Source of the DNA: Perna viridis
Lineage: Eukaryota
Assembly (NCBI GenBank): GCA_037379345.1
Contig: CM074525.1
Coordinates: forward strand, 3,915,170-3,979,169
Direction of reading: 5' to 3'
DNA: 64,000 bases
This document shows, piece by piece, positions 23,949 to 35,030 of this stretch (position 1 is its first letter; every line of letters begins with the position of its first letter). Under the pieces are notes generated by a model that made no database searches, was not told where the DNA came from, and worked only from the letters and a program-made list of their open reading frames with translations. The position numbers were made by a program, and so were the translations under genes.

Positions 23949-25892
23949 CTAAGTACTGGGCTTTGCCTTTGGCACTTTTGGGTCAGAAATACCCTTTCTA
24001 TAATGAACCTGGTAGTTTTTTGTCGCATGTAAGTTATATTTCCTTTGACGTGTTCTAGACCTTAGACATTTTGTGCTCTTTAGCTTTTTATATTGTCTAC
24101 CATATACTTCAGCTTTCTGATTTTGTTTCAGATGTTTGATAACAGATGACCCATGTGTAAGCTCAACACCAAGTATCTTTGTACGAAGTAAGGTTGAATT
24201 ACCAAACTTGTGATTACTTAAGTGTACCGCAGTATGTACACGACCTGGGAAGTTTCTACTATGAGTGACTGTTTTAGGATTACACCTCTGCAGACTGCGA
24301 TTAAACGCTTCACATTTTTGGGTCGAGGTAAGAAAACGTACTAAGTCAAGACTTTTAGGCCCTAAAAGTACATTAATACAATTCTCTACCATGACTTCAT
24401 CCTCATCATTCATATTTATAACCTCATTGTCAGGCAGAAAAACCTTTTTCCACTTATTAGAGGATAGACCAGCACACACATAAGAATGAATTTGGCATGC
24501 CGTACCGCATTCTCCATTATAACATTTTATAATTGCTTTGATAGCGGTTGGCATATGGTGTTTTATTTCAAAAAGTTCACCCTTGTGTGTTTCAAAAGCT
24601 TTGTTTAGTTCTGCAACGCAGCGAGTTTTTAAATCCATACTAAAACGGTGCTTAAGGTTTCTCTTATTAGGACCAGTAAACATGGATGGGCTGAATGTAT
24701 ACTTTTGCACAGCTCTTTTGATACCAATTGATAGATGTCTAACATCTTTAAGTACATGTACACTTGTTCTTTGAGCTTTTTCTACACCAGTAGCAGATTT
24801 GCTATCACCATCAGTAGTAATATGCCTAACTTGCAATGCATCATTCAACTGAATAGTGCATTTTCTAACATATACAGCCTCATTACCTATTGCATCATCT
24901 TCAGCCAAGTTAGCTGAACAGTACCCAGCATGGTCAGGACATGATACTTCAATACCCTTGTTTCGTAACCGAGATGCAACTCTGCATAGCTTATTACCAG
25001 TGAACACGCTAATAATTCTCTTAAGCGAGGAATTATTTTCAACTATAGTTTGGACAACTTGCGTACCACCTTGAAATGCAGTCACGTCACTATTATAAAT
25101 GCGATTATTGAAGCGACCATCTGATTCAACATTCACATAAGTAGGGTTTGAGTGACCAACCATCTCATTTTCAGCTACAATATCTTCCCTTATTTCTTTC
25201 ATATCACCTTCATTGTACCTAACAATTACAGTTCCAACCCTATTTGCAAGTTTTTGCATGCCAGATAGATTAGGAGGGATAATGTTACAAGTTATGCTTA
25301 TATCCCTATAGCTCTTGCTTGATATGGGAGTTGTTTGTAACCCTGCCTGTAAAGCCATATTTAGAGTTGCTGCCTTTCTACCTGGCTTAGTAGTATTTAC
25401 TTCATAATACAGTTTGTAGAACTGGCCTCTAAAACCACATTTGTTACATTTTAATCTCTCTTTCCATGCATAACCCCACTTTTTGGCTGCATTAGAGTCA
25501 AAATCTAAGTCACCGTCACAACCATTACTTTCAACTATATGCTCTTTTATTGTAGTATTCCACAGTATGCTTACAAGAGAGGGAATGTAATGTTTATATG
25601 TGTGGTTGTCTGGATCAGAGACATTTGGCTCAAGATATTCATCAAGTAACTCAGGACTTTTTGGCCGTGGCCGCAGCAGCATGGGAGTGCAAAGGGACTG
25701 GTCAGTGTCATGGATTTCCAGAACATTGTCACTACCTTGACTTACTCTAGATTCATAAACAGTATGAGGTAATCTCATAAGAGGCTCAGGGTCATTTTTG
25801 GGCTCATATTTAAGTTTCTTACCCTTATGAATAGGAGTATTTCCTTCCTGATATCCAAATTTTTTACCAATAAGTTTCCGCTTGCGGCTCAT
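23949..25892 (-). CDS. DDD/E transposase, copy 7
   Basis: Intact 647 aa. Confidence 0.88.
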   Translation of the reverse strand: MSRKRKLIGKKFGYQEGNTPIHKGKKLKYEPKNDPEPLMRLPHTVYESRVSQGSDNVLEIHDTDQSLCTPMLLRPRPKSPELLDEYLEPNVSDPDNHTYKHYIPSLVSILWNTTIKEHIVESNGCDGDLDFDSNAAKKWGYAWKERLKCNKCGFRGQFYKLYYEVNTTKPGRKAATLNMALQAGLQTTPISSKSYRDISITCNIIPPNLSGMQKLANRVGTVIVRYNEGDMKEIREDIVAENEMVGHSNPTYVNVESDGRFNNRIYNSDVTAFQGGTQVVQTIVENNSSLKRIISVFTGNKLCRVASRLRNKGIEVSCPDHAGYCSANLAEDDAIGNEAVYVRKCTIQLNDALQVRHITTDGDSKSATGVEKAQRTSVHVLKDVRHLSIGIKRAVQKYTFSPSMFTGPNKRNLKHRFSMDLKTRCVAELNKAFETHKGELFEIKHHMPTAIKAIIKCYNGECGTACQIHSYVCAGLSSNKWKKVFLPDNEVINMNDEDEVMVENCINVLLGPKSLDLVRFLTSTQKCEAFNRSLQRCNPKTVTHSRNFPGRVHTAVHLSNHKFGNSTLLRTKILGVELTHGSSVIKHLKQNQKAEVYGRQYKKLKSTKCLRSRTRQRKYNLHATKNYQVHYRKGISDPKVPKAKPST

Positions 25893-26587
25893 TTCCTGCC
25901 TTCACTCTTACTAAAACTGCTTTTAAATGAAATTTTTTGGCATGAAATACAAGAACAACTACTCTGTGTATTAAATAACTGCTAATTAAACAGGAAATTT
26001 ATAATTATTTCAAATTGCAGACCACACCTGGCATCCCCCCCTGTGAAAGCCATAAAATGCCATTTATATGGGTATCTGATTAGAAATCTCTTGGGGGCAT
26101 GTTATAAGGAATATATTATCTACCTGTGTTTTAAATTATTTAAAAGATAATGAAATTTCATATTTTATCCTTATTTTCAATATTTTTTATCCAAAAAGCA
26201 TTTAATTTATGCCAAAAACTTAAAATTTTGGAAAAAAATTAGTTAATTTTCAAATTTTAATTAAATTTTACAGAATTTAAATTTTGCTATGGTCAAAAAC
26301 AAGATGTTAATTACAACTTTAATATATACTGAACAGTCTAAATTGCAAAAAAAGTGAGTAAAAAGCCATTTTCAGTTCAAAAATGGGATGTAATGAACCC
26401 TACCACATATGACTATTTTCACTGTAAAATTACTGTTCAGGCCAATATAAGGTACCTTCATATTTTGAGCCATTTTTCGAAAAATCCTTAACGAAAATTT
26501 TTAAAACTTGAAATTTCATATCGCAAGTTCCGTACTATGTGGTAGATGCAATAAAAACAAGTTTGAAAGCAGAAAAGGTGTTCTTTA

Positions 26588-27058
26588 GGTTACAGACCAC
26601 CAATTGCATCATCAACTTTGGAACGTACGCAAAAAAAGTCCTACGCAAACAAAAAAATAGTCCCTTTGTCATGCTATTATACAAAATCTAGGAATCATTT
26701 TTACATAAATGGAACTTCTGCTGAAAGATAAATTCATTTTGATCATTTTGAGCCCAAATTTGCCTACTTTTGATAGATATAAGTTATTTTTTTGAAATGT
26801 AAACAAAGAGTGGCTAAATAAAGAAAATTGAGAATTCCAGTTACTATTTTTAGGGGTGGGTGAGTTCCGAATGACAGTGCTTCACTGCAAGTCTGCTAAC
26901 CCCTTGTTTCCTCTTGACTGAGATACCCTGATACATGTAGGTTTCAGGTGATATATGGTTATGAGCAGGTTAAAGTTAAGGTAAATATTTGAGAAGCCTT
27001 TGAAAATGGTCAATTTAACATAGGGAGCAATGGGAAACTGAATTAGTGGTTTTTAGCC
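26588..27058. repeat. LTDR copy 8
   Basis: Periodic copy. Confidence 0.8.
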
Positions 27059-27138
27059 TTAACTGGGAAATTGCACGTGCAGCCTTGACATTAAAAATAA
27101 CTTGTACCTTCTGAATTAGATTTTTCTTGAAATATCTT

Positions 27139-27519
27139 ATGAAAATGGATCAAGACAAGTGGATTGAAGCTCAAAAAGAAAGACTTTTGGCCAATTCTGA
27201 GGCTCAAGGGGCTAAAGGATGCATTTTGTGTAAATTAGGGGGAGGGGGCAGAAGATATTCCACACTAACTGTAACTTTTCCCTGGAAAAGAGATAAAAAG
27301 ACAATATATACTCATAGATTTGCATTTATGTTGTTTACCAAGAATTTTGAACTACCTAAAAGCATGCAAGTATCACATAGATGTCATAATAGGAGGTGCA
27401 TTAATGTGGAACATTTGTCCCTTGAGCCGGAGCAGGTCAACAAGGACCGTGAACACTGTCGCGGCCTTGTACCCACTCACTGTGCAAAACATTCTCCATA
27501 TTATGATTGCATTTTATAG
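27139..27519 (+). CDS. His-Me finger nuclease, copy 8
   Basis: Protein identical to copy 1. Confidence 0.88.
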   Translation: MKMDQDKWIEAQKERLLANSEAQGAKGCILCKLGGGGRRYSTLTVTFPWKRDKKTIYTHRFAFMLFTKNFELPKSMQVSHRCHNRRCINVEHLSLEPEQVNKDREHCRGLVPTHCAKHSPYYDCIL

Positions 27520-27642
27520 GGTAAAGGTAACATATCACACATTATTTCTGTACAACAAGTCTAAACATGTACTAATTATTTACACTATTTACATCACAGT
27601 AAGGGAGGTAACTACATCAGTTAACCACACAGGCATTGTACA

Positions 27643-29586
27643 CTAAGTACTGGGCTTTGCCTTTGGCACTTTTGGGTCAGAAATACCCTTTCTATAATGA
27701 ACCTGGTAGTTTTTTGTCGCATGTAAGTTATATTTCCTTTGACGTGTTCTAGACCTTAGACATTTTGTGCTCTTTAGCTTTTTATATTGTCTACCATATA
27801 CTTCAGCTTTCTGATTTTGTTTCAGATGTTTGATAACAGATGACCCATGTGTAAGCTCAACACCAAGTATCTTTGTACGAAGTAAGGTTGAATTACCAAA
27901 CTTGTGATTACTTAAGTGTACCGCAGTATGTACACGACCTGGGAAGTTTCTACTATGAGTGACTGTTTTAGGATTACACCTCTGCAGACTGCGATTAAAC
28001 GCTTCACATTTTTGGGTCGAGGTAAGAAAACGTACTAAGTCAAGACTTTTAGGCCCTAAAAGTACATTAATACAATTCTCTACCATGACTTCATCCTCAT
28101 CATTCATATTTATAACCTCATTGTCAGGCAGAAAAACCTTTTTCCACTTATTAGAGGATAGACCAGCACACACATAAGAATGAATTTGGCATGCCGTACC
28201 GCATTCTCCATTATAACATTTTATAATTGCTTTGATAGCGGTTGGCATATGGTGTTTTATTTCAAAAAGTTCACCCTTGTGTGTTTCAAAAGCTTTGTTT
28301 AGTTCTGCAACGCAGCGAGTTTTTAAATCCATACTAAAACGGTGCTTAAGGTTTCTCTTATTAGGACCAGTAAACATGGATGGGCTGAATGTATACTTTT
28401 GCACAGCTCTTTTGATACCAATTGATAGATGTCTAACATCTTTAAGTACATGTACACTTGTTCTTTGAGCTTTTTCTACACCAGTAGCAGATTTGCTATC
28501 ACCATCAGTAGTAATATGCCTAACTTGCAATGCATCATTCAACTGAATAGTGCATTTTCTAACATATACAGCCTCATTACCTATTGCATCATCTTCAGCC
28601 AAGTTAGCTGAACAGTACCCAGCATGGTCAGGACATGATACTTCAATACCCTTGTTTCGTAACCGAGATGCAACTCTGCATAGCTTATTACCAGTGAACA
28701 CGCTAATAATTCTCTTAAGCGAGGAATTATTTTCAACTATAGTTTGGACAACTTGCGTACCACCTTGAAATGCAGTCACGTCACTATTATAAATGCGATT
28801 ATTGAAGCGACCATCTGATTCAACATTCACATAAGTAGGGTTTGAGTGACCAACCATCTCATTTTCAGCTACAATATCTTCCCTTATTTCTTTCATATCA
28901 CCTTCATTGTACCTAACAATTACAGTTCCAACCCTATTTGCAAGTTTTTGCATGCCAGATAGATTAGGAGGGATAATGTTACAAGTTATGCTTATATCCC
29001 TATAGCTCTTGCTTGATATGGGAGTTGTTTGTAACCCTGCCTGTAAAGCCATATTTAGAGTTGCTGCCTTTCTACCTGGCTTAGTAGTATTTACTTCATA
29101 ATACAGTTTGTAGAACTGGCCTCTAAAACCACATTTGTTACATTTTAATCTCTCTTTCCATGCATAACCCCACTTTTTGGCTGCATTAGAGTCAAAATCT
29201 AAGTCACCGTCACAACCATTACTTTCAACTATATGCTCTTTTATTGTAGTATTCCACAGTATGCTTACAAGAGAGGGAATGTAATGTTTATATGTGTGGT
29301 TGTCTGGATCAGAGACATTTGGCTCAAGATATTCATCAAGTAACTCAGGACTTTTTGGCCGTGGCCGCAGCAGCATGGGAGTGCAAAGGGACTGGTCAGT
29401 GTCATGGATTTCCAGAACATTGTCACTACCTTGACTTACTCTAGATTCATAAACAGTATGAGGTAATCTCATAAGAGGCTCAGGGTCATTTTTGGGCTCA
29501 TATTTAAGTTTCTTACCCTTATGAATAGGAGTATTTCCTTCCTGATATCCAAATTTTTTACCAATAAGTTTCCGCTTGCGGCTCAT
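27643..29586 (-). CDS. DDD/E transposase, copy 8
   Basis: Intact 647 aa. Confidence 0.88.
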   Translation of the reverse strand: MSRKRKLIGKKFGYQEGNTPIHKGKKLKYEPKNDPEPLMRLPHTVYESRVSQGSDNVLEIHDTDQSLCTPMLLRPRPKSPELLDEYLEPNVSDPDNHTYKHYIPSLVSILWNTTIKEHIVESNGCDGDLDFDSNAAKKWGYAWKERLKCNKCGFRGQFYKLYYEVNTTKPGRKAATLNMALQAGLQTTPISSKSYRDISITCNIIPPNLSGMQKLANRVGTVIVRYNEGDMKEIREDIVAENEMVGHSNPTYVNVESDGRFNNRIYNSDVTAFQGGTQVVQTIVENNSSLKRIISVFTGNKLCRVASRLRNKGIEVSCPDHAGYCSANLAEDDAIGNEAVYVRKCTIQLNDALQVRHITTDGDSKSATGVEKAQRTSVHVLKDVRHLSIGIKRAVQKYTFSPSMFTGPNKRNLKHRFSMDLKTRCVAELNKAFETHKGELFEIKHHMPTAIKAIIKCYNGECGTACQIHSYVCAGLSSNKWKKVFLPDNEVINMNDEDEVMVENCINVLLGPKSLDLVRFLTSTQKCEAFNRSLQRCNPKTVTHSRNFPGRVHTAVHLSNHKFGNSTLLRTKILGVELTHGSSVIKHLKQNQKAEVYGRQYKKLKSTKCLRSRTRQRKYNLHATKNYQVHYRKGISDPKVPKAKPST

Positions 29587-30281
29587 TTCCTGCCTTCACT
29601 CTTACTAAAACTGCTTTTAAATGAAATTTTTTGGCATGAAATACAAGAACAACTACTCTGTGTATTAAATAACTGCTAATTAAACAGGAAATTTATAATT
29701 ATTTCAAATTGCAGACCACACCTGGCATCCCCCCCTGTGAAAGCCATAAAATGCCATTTATATGGGTATCTGATTAGAAATCTCTTGGGGGCATGTTATA
29801 AGGAATATATTATCTACCTGTGTTTTAAATTATTTAAAAGATAATGAAATTTCATATTTTATCCTTATTTTCAATATTTTTTATCCAAAAAGCATTTAAT
29901 TTATGCCAAAAACTTAAAATTTTGGAAAAAAATTAGTTAATTTTCAAATTTTAATTAAATTTTACAGAATTTAAATTTTGCTATGGTCAAAAACAAGATG
30001 TTAATTACAACTTTAATATATACTGAACAGTCTAAATTGCAAAAAAAGTGAGTAAAAAGCCATTTTCAGTTCAAAAATGGGATGTAATGAACCCTACCAC
30101 ATATGACTATTTTCACTGTAAAATTACTGTTCAGGCCAATATAAGGTACCTTCATATTTTGAGCCATTTTTCGAAAAATCCTTAACGAAAATTTTTAAAA
30201 CTTGAAATTTCATATCGCAAGTTCCGTACTATGTGGTAGATGCAATAAAAACAAGTTTGAAAGCAGAAAAGGTGTTCTTTA

Positions 30282-30752
30282 GGTTACAGACCACCAATTG
30301 CATCATCAACTTTGGAACGTACGCAAAAAAAGTCCTACGCAAACAAAAAAATAGTCCCTTTGTCATGCTATTATACAAAATCTAGGAATCATTTTTACAT
30401 AAATGGAACTTCTGCTGAAAGATAAATTCATTTTGATCATTTTGAGCCCAAATTTGCCTACTTTTGATAGATATAAGTTATTTTTTTGAAATGTAAACAA
30501 AGAGTGGCTAAATAAAGAAAATTGAGAATTCCAGTTACTATTTTTAGGGGTGGGTGAGTTCCGAATGACAGTGCTTCACTGCAAGTCTGCTAACCCCTTG
30601 TTTCCTCTTGACTGAGATACCCTGATACATGTAGGTTTCAGGTGATATATGGTTATGAGCAGGTTAAAGTTAAGGTAAATATTTGAGAAGCCTTTGAAAA
30701 TGGTCAATTTAACATAGGGAGCAATGGGAAACTGAATTAGTGGTTTTTAGCC
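30282..30752. repeat. LTDR copy 9
   Basis: Periodic copy. Confidence 0.8.
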
Positions 30753-30832
30753 TTAACTGGGAAATTGCACGTGCAGCCTTGACATTAAAAATAACTTGTA
30801 CCTTCTGAATTAGATTTTTCTTGAAATATCTT

Positions 30833-31213
30833 ATGAAAATGGATCAAGACAAGTGGATTGAAGCTCAAAAAGAAAGACTTTTGGCCAATTCTGAGGCTCA
30901 AGGGGCTAAAGGATGCATTTTGTGTAAATTAGGGGGAGGGGGCAGAAGATATTCCACACTAACTGTAACTTTTCCCTGGAAAAGAGATAAAAAGACAATA
31001 TATACTCATAGATTTGCATTTATGTTGTTTACCAAGAATTTTGAACTACCTAAAAGCATGCAAGTATCACATAGATGTCATAATAGGAGGTGCATTAATG
31101 TGGAACATTTGTCCCTTGAGCCGGAGCAGGTCAACAAGGACCGTGAACACTGTCGCGGCCTTGTACCCACTCACTGTGCAAAACATTCTCCATATTATGA
31201 TTGCATTTTATAG
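30833..31213 (+). CDS. His-Me finger nuclease, copy 9
   Basis: Protein identical to copy 1. Confidence 0.88.
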   Translation: MKMDQDKWIEAQKERLLANSEAQGAKGCILCKLGGGGRRYSTLTVTFPWKRDKKTIYTHRFAFMLFTKNFELPKSMQVSHRCHNRRCINVEHLSLEPEQVNKDREHCRGLVPTHCAKHSPYYDCIL

Positions 31214-31336
31214 GGTAAAGGTAACATATCACACATTATTTCTGTACAACAAGTCTAAACATGTACTAATTATTTACACTATTTACATCACAGTAAGGGA
31301 GGTAACTACATCAGTTAACCACACAGGCATTGTACA

Positions 31337-33280
31337 CTAAGTACTGGGCTTTGCCTTTGGCACTTTTGGGTCAGAAATACCCTTTCTATAATGAACCTGG
31401 TAGTTTTTTGTCGCATGTAAGTTATATTTCCTTTGACGTGTTCTAGACCTTAGACATTTTGTGCTCTTTAGCTTTTTATATTGTCTACCATATACTTCAG
31501 CTTTCTGATTTTGTTTCAGATGTTTGATAACAGATGACCCATGTGTAAGCTCAACACCAAGTATCTTTGTACGAAGTAAGGTTGAATTACCAAACTTGTG
31601 ATTACTTAAGTGTACCGCAGTATGTACACGACCTGGGAAGTTTCTACTATGAGTGACTGTTTTAGGATTACACCTCTGCAGACTGCGATTAAACGCTTCA
31701 CATTTTTGGGTCGAGGTAAGAAAACGTACTAAGTCAAGACTTTTAGGCCCTAAAAGTACATTAATACAATTCTCTACCATGACTTCATCCTCATCATTCA
31801 TATTTATAACCTCATTGTCAGGCAGAAAAACCTTTTTCCACTTATTAGAGGATAGACCAGCACACACATAAGAATGAATTTGGCATGCCGTACCGCATTC
31901 TCCATTATAACATTTTATAATTGCTTTGATAGCGGTTGGCATATGGTGTTTTATTTCAAAAAGTTCACCCTTGTGTGTTTCAAAAGCTTTGTTTAGTTCT
32001 GCAACGCAGCGAGTTTTTAAATCCATACTAAAACGGTGCTTAAGGTTTCTCTTATTAGGACCAGTAAACATGGATGGGCTGAATGTATACTTTTGCACAG
32101 CTCTTTTGATACCAATTGATAGATGTCTAACATCTTTAAGTACATGTACACTTGTTCTTTGAGCTTTTTCTACACCAGTAGCAGATTTGCTATCACCATC
32201 AGTAGTAATATGCCTAACTTGCAATGCATCATTCAACTGAATAGTGCATTTTCTAACATATACAGCCTCATTACCTATTGCATCATCTTCAGCCAAGTTA
32301 GCTGAACAGTACCCAGCATGGTCAGGACATGATACTTCAATACCCTTGTTTCGTAACCGAGATGCAACTCTGCATAGCTTATTACCAGTGAACACGCTAA
32401 TAATTCTCTTAAGCGAGGAATTATTTTCAACTATAGTTTGGACAACTTGCGTACCACCTTGAAATGCAGTCACGTCACTATTATAAATGCGATTATTGAA
32501 GCGACCATCTAATTCAACATTCACATAAGTAGGGTTTGAGTGACCAACCATCTCATTTTCAGCTACAATATCTTCCCTTATTTCTTTCATATCACCTTCA
32601 TTGTACCTAACAATTACAGTTCCAACCCTATTTGCAAGTTTTTGCATGCCAGATAGATTAGGAGGGATAATGTTACAAGTTATGCTTATATCCCTATAGC
32701 TCTTGCTTGATATGGGAGTTGTTTGTAACCCTGCCTGTAAAGCCATATTTAGAGTTGCTGCCTTTCTACCTGGCTTAGTAGTATTTACTTCATAATACAG
32801 TTTGTAGAACTGGCCTCTAAAACCACATTTGTTACATTTTAATCTCTCTTTCCATGCATAACCCCACTTTTTGGCTGCATTAGAGTCAAAATCTAAGTCA
32901 CCGTCACAACCATTACTTTCAACTATATGCTCTTTTATTGTAGTATTCCACAGTATGCTTACAAGAGAGGGAATGTAATGTTTATATGTGTGGTTGTCTG
33001 GATCAGAGACATTTGGCTCAAGATATTCATCAAGTAACTCAGGACTTTTTGGCCGTGGCCGCAGCAGCATGGGAGTGCAAAGGGACTGGTCAGTGTCATG
33101 GATTTCCAGAACATTGTCACTACCTTGACTTACTCTAGATTCATAAACAGTATGAGGTAATCTCATAAGAGGCTCAGGGTCATTTTTGGGCTCATATTTA
33201 AGTTTCTTACCCTTATGAATAGGAGTATTTCCTTCCTGATATCCAAATTTTTTACCAATAAGTTTCCGCTTGCGGCTCAT
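31337..33280 (-). CDS. DDD/E transposase, copy 9
   Basis: Intact 647 aa; S257L next to first catalytic Asp. Confidence 0.88.
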   Translation of the reverse strand: MSRKRKLIGKKFGYQEGNTPIHKGKKLKYEPKNDPEPLMRLPHTVYESRVSQGSDNVLEIHDTDQSLCTPMLLRPRPKSPELLDEYLEPNVSDPDNHTYKHYIPSLVSILWNTTIKEHIVESNGCDGDLDFDSNAAKKWGYAWKERLKCNKCGFRGQFYKLYYEVNTTKPGRKAATLNMALQAGLQTTPISSKSYRDISITCNIIPPNLSGMQKLANRVGTVIVRYNEGDMKEIREDIVAENEMVGHSNPTYVNVELDGRFNNRIYNSDVTAFQGGTQVVQTIVENNSSLKRIISVFTGNKLCRVASRLRNKGIEVSCPDHAGYCSANLAEDDAIGNEAVYVRKCTIQLNDALQVRHITTDGDSKSATGVEKAQRTSVHVLKDVRHLSIGIKRAVQKYTFSPSMFTGPNKRNLKHRFSMDLKTRCVAELNKAFETHKGELFEIKHHMPTAIKAIIKCYNGECGTACQIHSYVCAGLSSNKWKKVFLPDNEVINMNDEDEVMVENCINVLLGPKSLDLVRFLTSTQKCEAFNRSLQRCNPKTVTHSRNFPGRVHTAVHLSNHKFGNSTLLRTKILGVELTHGSSVIKHLKQNQKAEVYGRQYKKLKSTKCLRSRTRQRKYNLHATKNYQVHYRKGISDPKVPKAKPST

Positions 33281-33975
33281 TTCCTGCCTTCACTCTTACT
33301 AAAACTGCTTTTAAATGAAATTTTTTGGCATGAAATACAAGAACAACTACTCTGTGTATTAAATAACTGCTAATTAAACAGGAAATTTATAATTATTTCA
33401 AATTGCAGACCACACCTGGCATCCCCCCCTGTGAAAGCCATAAAATGCCATTTATATGGGTATCTGATTAGAAATCTCTTGGGGGCATGTTATAAGGAAT
33501 ATATTATCTACCTGTGTTTTAAATTATTTAAAAGATAATGAAATTTCATATTTTATCCTTATTTTCAATATTTTTTATCCAAAAAGCATTTAATTTATGC
33601 CAAAAACTTAAAATTTTGGAAAAAAATTAGTTAATTTTCAAATTTTAATTAAATTTTACAGAATTTAAATTTTGCTATGGTCAAAAACAAGATGTTAATT
33701 ACAACTTTAATATATACTGAACAGTCTAAATTGCAAAAAAAGTGAGTAAAAAGCCATTTTCAGTTCAAAAATGGGATGTAATGAACCCTACCACATATGA
33801 CTATTTTCACTGTAAAATTACTGTTCAGGCCAATATAAGGTACCTTCATATTTTGAGCCATTTTTCGAAAAATCCTTAACGAAAATTTTTAAAACTTGAA
33901 ATTTCATATCGCAAGTTCCGTACTATGTGGTAGATGCAATAAAAACAAGTTTGAAAGCAGAAAAGGTGTTCTTTA

Positions 33976-34446
33976 GGTTACAGACCACCAATTGCATCAT
34001 CAACTTTGGAACGTACGCAAAAAAAGTCCTACGCAAACAAAAAAATAGTCCCTTTGTCATGCTATTATACAAAATCTAGGAATCATTTTTACATAAATGG
34101 AACTTCTGCTGAAAGATAAATTCATTTTGATCATTTTGAGCCCAAATTTGCCTACTTTTGATAGATATAAGTTATTTTTTTGAAATGTAAACAAAGAGTG
34201 GCTAAATAAAGAAAATTGAGAATTCCAGTTACTATTTTTAGGGGTGGGTGAGTTCCGAATGACAGTGCTTCACTGCAAGTCTGCTAACCCCTTGTTTCCT
34301 CTTGACTGAGATACCCTGATACATGTAGGTTTCAGGTGATATATGGTTATGAGCAGGTTAAAGTTAAGGTAAATATTTGAGAAGCCTTTGAAAATGGTCA
34401 ATTTAACATAGGGAGCAATGGGAAACTGAATTAGTGGTTTTTAGCC
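33976..34446. repeat. LTDR copy 10
   Basis: Periodic copy. Confidence 0.8.
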
Positions 34447-34526
34447 TTAACTGGGAAATTGCACGTGCAGCCTTGACATTAAAAATAACTTGTACCTTCT
34501 GAATTAGATTTTTCTTGAAATATCTT

Positions 34527-34907
34527 ATGAAAATGGATCAAGACAAGTGGATTGAAGCTCAAAAAGAAAGACTTTTGGCCAATTCTGAGGCTCAAGGGGC
34601 TAAAGGATGCATTTTGTGTAAATTAGGGGGAGGGGGCAGAAGATATTCCACACTAACTGTAACTTTTCCCTGGAAAAGAGATAAAAAGACAATATATACT
34701 CATAGATTTGCATTTATGTTGTTTACCAAGAATTTTGAACTACCTAAAAGCATGCAAGTATCACATAGATGTCATAATAGGAGGTGCATTAATGTGGAAC
34801 ATTTGTCCCTTGAGCCGGAGCAGGTCAACAAGGACCGTGAACACTGTCGCGGCCTTGTACCCACTCACTGTGCAAAACATTCTCCATATTATGATTGCAT
34901 TTTATAG
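34527..34907 (+). CDS. His-Me finger nuclease, copy 10
   Basis: Protein identical to copy 1. Confidence 0.88.
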   Translation: MKMDQDKWIEAQKERLLANSEAQGAKGCILCKLGGGGRRYSTLTVTFPWKRDKKTIYTHRFAFMLFTKNFELPKSMQVSHRCHNRRCINVEHLSLEPEQVNKDREHCRGLVPTHCAKHSPYYDCIL

Positions 34908-35030
34908 GGTAAAGGTAACATATCACACATTATTTCTGTACAACAAGTCTAAACATGTACTAATTATTTACACTATTTACATCACAGTAAGGGAGGTAAC
35001 TACATCAGTTAACCACACAGGCATTGTACA